From NCBI GenBank assembly GCA_964016885.1, contig OZ024742.1, positions 165,664,001 through 165,728,000 of the forward strand: DNA of 64,000 bases, given 5' to 3'. Both the position numbers and the translations under genes were made by a program. Below, piece after piece: positions 54,101 to 64,000 of this stretch. A model generated the notes under the pieces. That model was given only the letters and a program-made list of their open reading frames with translations. It made no database searches and was not told the DNA's origin. Each line of letters starts with the position of its first letter. The first letter of the stretch is position 1. This DNA is from Eledone cirrhosa. Lineage: Eukaryota.

Positions 54101-57100
54101 TCACTGCTTTCTACAGTTCCAGGATGAGGTGTAAGTCACAACTCCTGATAGGAACATCACTGCTTTCTACTGTTCCAGAATGAAGTGTCAGTCACAACTC
54201 ATGATAGGAACATCACTGCTTTCTACAGTTCCAGGATGAGGTGTAAGTCACAACTCCTGATAGGAACATCACTGCTTTCTACAGTTCCAGGATGAGGTGT
54301 CAGTCACAACTCCTGATAGGAACATCACTGCTTTCTACAGTTCCAGGATGAGATGTCTCTCACAACTCCTGATAGGAACATCACTGCTTTCTACATTTCC
54401 AGGATGAGGTGTCAGTCACAACTCCTGATAGGAACATCACTGCTTTCTACAGTTACAGGATGAGATGTCTCTCACAACTCCTGATAGGAACATCACTGCT
54501 TTCTACAGTTCCAGGACGAGGTGTAAGTCACAACTCCTGATAGGAACGTCACTGCTTTCTACAGTTCCAGAATGAGGTGTCAGTCACAACTCCTGATAGG
54601 AACATCACTGCTTTTTCTACAGTTCCAGGATGAGGTGTAAGTCACAACTCCTGATAGTAACATCACTGCTTTCTACAGTTCCAGGATGAGATGTCTCTCA
54701 CAACTCCTGATAGGAACATCACTGCTTTCTACAGTTCCAGGATGAGGTGTAAGTCAAAACTCCTGATAGGAACATCACTGCTTTCTACAGTTCCAGAATG
54801 AGGTGTAAGTCACAACTCCTGATAGGAACATCACTGCTTTCTACAGTTCCAGAATGAGGTGTCAGTCACAACTCCTGATAGGAACATCACTGCTTTCTAC
54901 AGGTCCAGGATGAGGTGTAAGTCACAACTCCTGATAGGAACATCACTGCTTTCTACAGTTCCAGAATGAGGTGTCAGTCACAACTCCTGATAGGAACATC
55001 ACTGCTTTCTACAGTTCCAGGATGAGGTGTATGTCACAACTCCTGATAGGAACATCACTGCTTTCTACAGTTCCAGGATGAGATGTCTCTCACAACTCCT
55101 GATAGGAACATCACTGCTTTCTACAGTTCCAGGATGAGGTGTAAGTCACAACTCCTGATAGGAACATCACTGCTTTCTACAGTTCCAGAATGAGGTGTCA
55201 GTCACAACTCCTGATAGGAACATCACTGCTTTCTACAGTTCCAGAATGAGGTGTCAGTCACAACTCCTGATAGGAACATCACTGCTTTCTACAGTTCCAG
55301 CATGAGGTGTCAGTCACAACTCCTGATAGGAACATCACTGCTTTCTACAGTTCCAGGATAAGGTGTAAGTCACAACTCCTGATAGGAACATCACTGCTTT
55401 CTACAGTTCCAGGATGAGGTGTCAGTCACAACTCCTGATAGGAACATCACTGCTTTCTACAGTTCCAGGATGAGTTGTCAGTCACAACTCCTGATAGGAA
55501 CATCACTGCTTTCTACAGTTCCAGCATGAGGTGTCAGTCACAACTCCTGATAGGAACATCACTGCTTTCTACAATTCCAGAATGAGGTGTCAGTCACAAC
55601 TCCTGATAGGAACATCACTGCTTTCTACAGTTCCAGGATGAGGTTTCAGTCACAACTCCTGATAGGAACATCACTGCTTTCTACAGTTCCAGGATGAGGT
55701 GTCAGTCACAACTCCTGATAAGAACATCACTGCTTTCTACAGTTCCAGGATGAGATGTCTGTCACAACTCCTGATAGGAACATCACTGCTTTCTACAGTT
55801 CCAGAATGAGGTGTCAGTCACAACTCCTGATAGGAACATCACTGCTTTCTACAGTTCCAGGATAAGGTGTAAGTCACAACTCCTGATAGGAACATCACTG
55901 CTTTCTACAGTTCCAGGATGAGGTGTCAGTCACAACTCCTGATAGGAACATCACTGCTTTCTACAGTTCCAGCATGAGGTGTCAGTCACAACTCCTGATA
56001 GGAACATCACTGCTTTCTACAGTTCCAGGATGAGATGTCTGTCACAACTCCTGATAGGAACATCACTGCTTTCTACAGTTGCAGGATGAGGTGTCAGTCA
56101 CAACTCCTGATAGGAACAATACTGCTTACTACAGTTCCAGAATGAGGTGTCAGTCACAACTCCTGATAGGAACATCACTGCTTTCTACAGTTCCAGGATG
56201 AGGTGTAAGTCACAACTCCTGATAGGAACATCACTGCTTTCTACAGTTCCAGAATGAGGTGTCAGTCACAACTCCTGATAGGAACATCACTGCTTTCTAC
56301 AGTTCCAGAATGAGGTGTCAGTCACAACTCCTGATAGGAACATCACTGCTTTCTACAGTTCCAGGATGAGATGTCTGTCACAACTCCTGATAGGAACATC
56401 ACTGCTTTCTACAGTTCCAGGATGAGGTGTCAGTCACAACTCCTGATAGGAACATCACTGCTTTCTACTGTTCCAGGATGAGGTGTCAGTCACAACTCCT
56501 GATAGGAACATCACTACTTTCTACAGTTCCAGCATGAGGTGTCAGTCACAACTCCTGATAGGAACATCACTGCTTTCTACAGTTCCAGGATGAGGTGTCA
56601 GTCACAACTCCTGATAGGAACATCACTGCTTTCTACAGCTCCAAAATGAGGTGTCAGTCGCAACTCCTGATAGGAACATCACTGCTTTCTACAGTTCCAG
56701 GATTAGGTCTAAGTCACAACTCCTGATAGGAACATGACTGCTTTCTACCTGTTTCAGGGTGAGATGTCTGTCACAACTCCTGATAGGAACATCACTGCTT
56801 TCTACAGTTCCAGGATGAGGTGTAAGTCACAACTCCTGATAGGAACATCACTGCTTTCTACAGTTCCAGGATGAGATGTCTCTCACAACTCCTGATAGGA
56901 ACATCACTGCTTTCTACAGTTCCAGGATGAGGTGTAAGTCACAACTCCTGATAGGAACATCACTGCTTTCTACTGTTCCAGGATGAGGTGTCAGTCACAA
57001 CTCCTGATAGGAACATCACTGCTTTCTACAGTTCCAGGATGAGGTGTAAGTCACAACTCCTGATAGGAACAGCACTGCTTTCTACAGTTCTAGGATGAGG

Positions 57101-60100
57101 TGTAGGTCACAACTCCTGATAGGAACAGCACTGCTTTCTACAGTTCCAGGATGAGGTGTAAGTCACAACTCCTGATAGGAACATCACTGCTTTCTACAGT
57201 TCCAGGATGAGGTGTAAGTCACAACTCCTGATAGGAACATCACTGCTTTCTACTGTTCCAGAATGAAGTGTCAGTCACAACTCATGATAAGAACATCACT
57301 GCTTTCTACAGTTCCAGGATGAGGTGTAAGTCACAACTCCTGATAGGAACATCACTGCTTTCTACAGTTCCAGGATGAGGTGTCAGTCACAACTCCTGAT
57401 AGGAACATCACTGCTTTCTACAGTTCCAGGATGAGGTGTAAGTCACAACTCCTGATAGGAACATCACTGCTTTCTACAGTTCTAGGATGAGGTGTAGGTC
57501 ACAACTCCTGATAGGAACATCACTGCTTTCTACAGTTCCAGGATGAGGTGTCAGTCACAACTCCTGATAGGAACATCACTGCTTTCTACAGTTCCAGGAT
57601 GAGTTGTCAGTCACAACTCCTGATAGGAACATCACTGCTTTCTACAGTTCCAGCATGAGGTGTCAGTCACAACACCTGATAGGAACATCACTGCTTTCTA
57701 CAGTTCCAGGATGAGTTGTCAGTCACAACTCCTGATAGGAACATCACTGCTTTCTACAGTTCTAGCATGAGGTGTCAGTCACAACTCCTGATAGGAACAT
57801 CACTGCTTTCTACAATTCCAGAATGAGGTGTCAGTCACAACTCCTGATAGGAACATCACTGCTTTCTACAGTTCCAGGATGAGGTTTCAGTCACAACTCC
57901 TGATAGGAACATCACTGCTTTCTACTGTTCCAGGATGAGGTGTCAGTCACAACTTCTGATAGGAACATCACTGCTTTCTACAGTTCCAGGATGAGGTGTA
58001 AGTCACAACTCCTGATAGGAACAGCACTGCTTTCTACAGTTCCAGGATGAGGTGTAAGTCACAACTCCTGATAGGAACATCACTGCTTTCTACAGTTCCA
58101 GAATGAGGTGTAAGTCACAACACCTGATAGGAACATCACTGCTTTCTACTGTTCCAGAATGAAGTGTCAGTCACAACTCATGATAGGAACATCACTGCTT
58201 TCTACAGTTCCAGGATGAGGTGTCAGTCACAACTCCTGATAGGAACATCACTGCTTTCTACAGTTCCAGGATGAGGTGTAAGTCACAACTCCTGATAGGA
58301 ACATCACTGCTTTCTACAGTTCCAGGATGAGGTGTAAGTCACAACTCCTGATAGGAACATCACTGCTTTCTACAGTTCCAGAATGAGGTGTCAGTCACAA
58401 CTCCTGATAGGAACATCACTGCTTTCTACAGTTCCAGGATGAGGTGTAAGTCACAACTCCTGATAGGAACATTACTGCTTTCTACAGTTCCAGGATGAGA
58501 TGTCTCTCACAACTCCTGATAGGAACATCACTGCTTTCTACAGTTCCAGGATGAGGTGTAAGTCACAACTCCTGATAGGAACATCACTGTTTTCTACAGT
58601 TCCAGAATGAGGTGTCAGTCACAACTCCTGATAGCAACATCACTGCTTTCTACAGTTCCAGAATGAGGTGTCAGTCACAACTCCTGATAGGAACATCACT
58701 GCTTTCTACAGTTCCAGGATGAGGTGTAAGTCACAACTCCTGATAGGAACATCACTGCTTTCTACTGTTCCAGGATGAGGTGTCAGTCACAACTCCTGAT
58801 AGGAACATCACTGCTTTCTACAGTTCCAGGATGAGGTGTCAGTCACAACTCCTGATAGGAACATCACTGCTTTCTACAGTTCCAGAATGAGGTGTCAGTC
58901 ACAACTCCTGATAGGAACATCACTGCTTTCTACAGTTCCAGAATGAGGTGTTAGTCACAACTCCTGATAGGAACATCACTGCTTTCTACAGTTCCAGGAT
59001 GAGGTGTAAGTCACAACTCCTGATAGGAACATCACTGCTTTCTACAGTTCCAGGATGAGGTGTCAGTCACAACTCCTGATAGGAACATCACTGCTTTCTA
59101 CAGTTCCAGGATGAGGTGTAAGTCACAACTCCTGATAGGAACATCACTGCTTTCTACAGTTCCAGGATGAGGTGTAGGTCAGAACTCCTGATAGGAACAT
59201 CACTGCTTTCTATAGTTCCAGGATGAGGTGTCAGTCACAACTCCTGATAGGAACATCACTGCTTTCTACAGTTCCAGGATGAGTTGTCAGTCACAACTCC
59301 TGATAGGAACATCACTGCTTTCTACAGTTCCAGCATGAGGTGTCAGTCACAACTCCTGATAGGAACATCACTGCTTTCTACAATTCCAGAATGAGGTGTC
59401 AGTCACAACTCCTGATAGGAACATCACTGCTTTCTACAGTTCCAGGATGAGGTTTCAGTCACAACTCCTGATAGGAACATCACTGCTTTCTACAGTTCCA
59501 GGATGAGGTGTCAGTCACAACTCCTGATAGGAACATCACTGCTTTCTACAGTTCCAGGATGAGGTGTCAGTCACAACTCCTGATAGGAACATCACTGCTT
59601 TCTACTGTTCCAGGATGAGGTGTCAGTCACAACTCCTGATAGGAACATCACTACTTTCTACAGTTCCAGCATGAGGTGTCAGTCACAACTCCTGATAGGA
59701 ACATCACTGCTTTCTACAGTTCCAGGATGAGGTGTCAGTCACAACTCCTGATAGGAACATCACTGCTTTCTACAGCTCCAAAATGAGGTGTCAGTCGCAA
59801 CTCCTGATAGGAACATCACTGCTTTCTACAGTTCCAGGATGAGGTGTAAGTCACAACTCCTGATAGGAACATCACTGCTTTCTACAGTTCCAGGATGAGA
59901 TGTCTCTCACAACTCCTGATAGGAACATCACTGCTTTCTACAGTTCCAGGATGAGGTGTAAGTCACAACTCCTGATAGGAACATCACTGCTTTCTACTGT
60001 TCCAGGATGAGGTGTCAGTCACAACTCCTGATAGGAACATCACTGCTTTCTACAGTTCCAGGATGAGGTGTAAGTCACAACTCCTGATAGGAACAGCACT

Positions 60101-63100
60101 GCTTTCTACAGTTCTAGGATGAGGTGTAGGTCACAACTCCTGATAGGAACAGCACTGCTTTCTACAGTTCCAGGATGAGGTGTAAGTCACAACTCCTGAT
60201 AGGAACATCACTGCTTTCTACAGTTCCAGGATGAGGTGTAAGTCACAACTCCTGATAGGAACATCACTGCTTTCTACTGTTCCAGAATGAAGTGTCAGTC
60301 ACAACTCATGATAAGAACATCACTGCTTTCTACAGTTCCAGGATGAGGTGTAAGTCACAACTCCTGATAGGAACATCACTGCTTTCTACAGTTCCAGGAT
60401 GAGGTGTCAGTCACAACTCCTGATAGGAACATCACTGCTTTCTACAGTTCCAGGATGAGGTGTAAGTCACAACTCCTGATAGGAACATCACTGCTTTCTA
60501 CAGTTCTAGGATGAGGTGTAGGTCACAACTCCTGATAGGAACATCACTGCTTTCTACAGTTCCAGGATGAGGTGTCAGTCACAACTCCTGATAGGAACAT
60601 CACTGCTTTCTACAGTTCCAGGATGAGTTGTCAGTCACAACTCCTGATAGGAACATCACTGCTTTCTACAGTTCCAGCATGAGGTGTCAGTCACAACACC
60701 TGATAGGAACATCACTGCTTTCTACAGTTCCAGGATGAGTTGTCAGTCACAACTCCTGATAGGAACATCACTGCTTTCTACAGTTCTAGCATGAGGTGTC
60801 AGTCTCAACTCCTGATAGGAACATCACTGCTTTCTACAATTCCAGAATGAGGTGTCAGTCACAACTCCTGATAGGAACATCACTGCTTTCTACAGTTCCA
60901 GGATGAGGTTTCAGTCACAACTCCTGATAGGAACATCACTGCTTTCTACTGTTCCAGGATGAGGTGTCAGTCACAACTTCTGATAGGAACATCACTGCTT
61001 TCTACAGTTCCAGGATGAGGTGTAAGTCACAACTCCTGATAGGAACAGCACTGCTTTCTACAGTTCCAGGATGAGGTGTAAGTCACAACTCCTGATAGGA
61101 ACATCACTGCTTTCTACAGTTCCAGAATGAGGTGTAAGTCACAACACCTGATAGGAACATCACTGCTTTCTACTGTTCCAGAATGAAGTGTCAGTCACAA
61201 CTCATGATAGGAACATCACTGCTTTCTACAGTTCCAGGATGAGGTGTCAGTCACAACTCCTGATAGGAACATCACTGCTTTCTACAGTTCCAGGATGAGG
61301 TGTAAGTCACAACTCCTGATAGGAACATCACTGCTTTCTACAGTTCCAGGATGAGGTGTAAGTCACAACTCCTGATAGGAACATCACTGCTTTCTACAGT
61401 TCCAGAATGAGGTGTCAGTCACAACTCCTGATAGGAACATCACTGCTTTCTACAGTTCCAGGATGAGGTGTAAGTCACAACTCCTGATAGGAACATTACT
61501 GCTTTCTACAGTTCCAGGATGAGATGTCTCTCACAACTCCTGATAGGAACATCACTGCTTTCTACAGTTCCAGGATGAGGTGTAAGTCACAACTCCTGAT
61601 AGGAACATCACTGTTTTCTACAGTTCCAGAATGAGGTGTCAGTCACAACTCCTGATAGGAACATCACTGCTTTCTACAGTTCCAGAATGAGGTGTCAGTC
61701 ACAACTCCTGATAGGAACATCACTGCTTTCTACAGTTCCAGGATGAGGTGTAAGTCACAACTCCTGATAGGAACATCACTGCTTTCTACTGTTCCAGGAT
61801 GAGGTGTCAGTCACAACTCCTGATAGGAACATCACTGCTTTCTACAGTTCCAGGATGAGGTGTCAGTCACAACTCCTGATAGGAACATCACTGCTTTCTA
61901 CAGTTCCAGAATGAGGTGTCAGTCACAACTCCTGATAGGAACATCACTGCTTTCTACAGTTCCAGAATGAGGTGTCAGTCACAACTCCTGATAGGAACAT
62001 CACTGCTTTCTACAGTTCCAGGATGAGGTGTAAGTCACAACTCCTGATAGGAACATCACTGCTTTCTACAGTTCCAGGATGAGGTGTCAGTCACAACTCC
62101 TGATAGGAACATCACTGCTTTCTACAGTTCCAGGATGAGGTGTAAGTCACAACTCCTGATAGGAACATCACTGCTTTCTACAGTTCCAGGATGAGGTGTA
62201 GGTCAGAACTCCTGATAGGAACATCACTGCTTTCTACAGTTCCAGGATGAGGTGTCAGTCACAACTCCTGATAGGAACATCACTGCTTTCTACAGTTCCA
62301 GGATGAGTTGTCAGTCACAACTCCTGATAGGAACATCACTGCTTTCTACAGTTCCAGCATGAGGTGTCAGTCACAACTCCTGATAGGAACATCACTGCTT
62401 TCTACAATTCCAGAATGAGGTGTCAGTCACAACTCCTGATAGGAACATCACTGCTTTCTACAGTTCCAGGATGAGGTTTCAGTCACAACTCCTGATAGGA
62501 ACATCACTGCTTTCTACAGTTCCAGGATGAGGTGTCAGTCACAACTCCTGATAGGAACATCACTGCTTTCTACAGTTCCAGGATGAGGTGTAAGTCACAA
62601 CTCCTGATGGGAACATCACTGCTTTCTACAGTTCCAGGATGAGGTGTAAGTCACAACTCCTGATAGGAACATCACTGCTTTCTACAGTTCCAGGATGAGG
62701 TGTCAGTCACAACTCCTGATAGGAACATCACTGCTTTCTACAGTTCCAGGATGAGTTGTCAGTCACAACTCCTGATAGGAACATCACTGCTTTCTACAGT
62801 TCCAGCATGAGGTGTCAGTCACAACTCCTGATAGGAACATCACTGCTTTCTACAATTCCAGAATGAGGTGTCAGTCACAACTCCTGATAGGAACATCACT
62901 GCTTTCTACAGTTCCAGGATGAGGTTTCAGTCACAACTCCTGATAGGAACATCACTGCTTTCTACAGTTCCAGGATGAGGTGTCAGTGACAACTCCTGAT
63001 AAGAACATCACTGCTTTCTACAGTTCCAGGATGAGATGTCTGTCACAACTCCTGATAGGAACATCACTGCTTTCTACAGTTCCAGAATGAGGTGTCAGTC

Positions 63101-64000
63101 ACAACTCCTGATAGGAACATCACTGCTTTCTACAGTTCCAGGATAAGGTGTAAGTCACAACTCCTGATAGGAACATCACTGCTTTCTACAGTTCCAGGAT
63201 GAGGTGTCAGTCACAACTCCTGATAGGAACATCACTGCTTTCTACAATTCCAGAATGAGGTGTCAGTCACAACTCCTGATAGGAACATCACTGCTTTCTA
63301 CAGTTCCAGGATGAGGTTTCAGTCACAACTCCTGATAGGAACATCACTGCTTTCTACAGTTCCAGGATGAGATGTCTGTCACAACTCCTGATAGGAACAT
63401 CACTGCTTTCTACAGTTCCAGGATAAGGTGTAAGTCACAACTCCTGATAGGAACATCACTGCTTTCTATAGTTCCAGGATGAGATGTCTCTCACAACTCC
63501 TCATAGGAACATCACTGCTTTCTACAGTTCCAGGATGAGGTGTAAGTCACAACTCCTGATAGGAACATCACTGCTTTCTACAGTTCCAGAATGAGGTGTC
63601 AGTCACAACTCCTGATAGGAACATCACTGCTTTTTCTACAGTTCCAGGATGAGGTGTAAGTCACAACTCCTGATAGGAACATCACTGCTTTCTACAGTTC
63701 CAGGATGAGATGTCTCTCACAACTCCTGATAGGAACATCACTGCTTTCTACAGTTCCAGGATGAGGTGTAAGTCACAACTCCTGATAGGAACATCACTGC
63801 TTTCTACAGTTCCAGAATGAGGTGTCAGTCACAACTCCTGATAGGAACATCACTGCTTTCTACAGTTCCAGAATGAGGTGTCAGTCACAACTCCTGATAG
63901 GAACATCACTGCTTTCTACAGTTCCAGGATGAGATGTCTCTCACAACTCCTGATAGGAACATCACTGCTTTCTACAGTTCCAGGATGAGGTGTAAGTCAC
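42150..64000 (+). repeat. 56-bp tandem satellite array (satellite 2), ~390 copies, presumably intronic in WASHC5, runs off the right edge
   Basis: Consensus TTCCAGGATGAG GTGTCAGTCACAACTCCTGATAGGAACATCACTGCTTTCTACAG. Period 56 checked (CACAAC at 42381 and 42437). Variants GTGTAAGT, ATGTCTGT, GAAT/GGAT/GCAT. Confidence 0.98.

Noticed and set aside
1-64000. CRISPR-like appearance of the regular repeats
   Set aside because: No unique spacers, no cas genes, and the context is a spliceosomal eukaryotic gene.

Overview
Eukaryotic (metazoan) genomic DNA, probably Octopus or another coleoid cephalopod; this is inferred from the SINE/MITE and microsatellite content, not proven. The middle ~11 kb (30511-41584) holds eight consecutive + strand coding exons of WASHC5/strumpellin (KIAA0196/SPG8). 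They have canonical GT-AG boundaries and compatible phases. The gene is partial, with earlier and later exons outside the window. The introns on either side are filled by very large satellite arrays: a 55-bp satellite (1-30510, ~555 copies) and a 56-bp satellite (~42150-64000, ~390 copies). Satellite 1 ends exactly at an exon acceptor, and its monomer looks like a copy of that intron/exon junction. Both monomers, read on the gene's sense strand, have the same layout: pyrimidine tract-AG / 12-nt stop-free cassette / GT plus a 43-44-nt spacer. They therefore resemble hundreds of tandem micro-exons or decoy splice sites. Internal introns carry tRNA-derived SINEs (including an inverted pair flanking two exons), an (ATC)n-tailed repeat family, an RTE LINE fragment, nested hAT and piggyBac MITEs, a nested-hairpin element and microsatellites. 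The repeated ORF-track 'proteins' are repeat artefacts.
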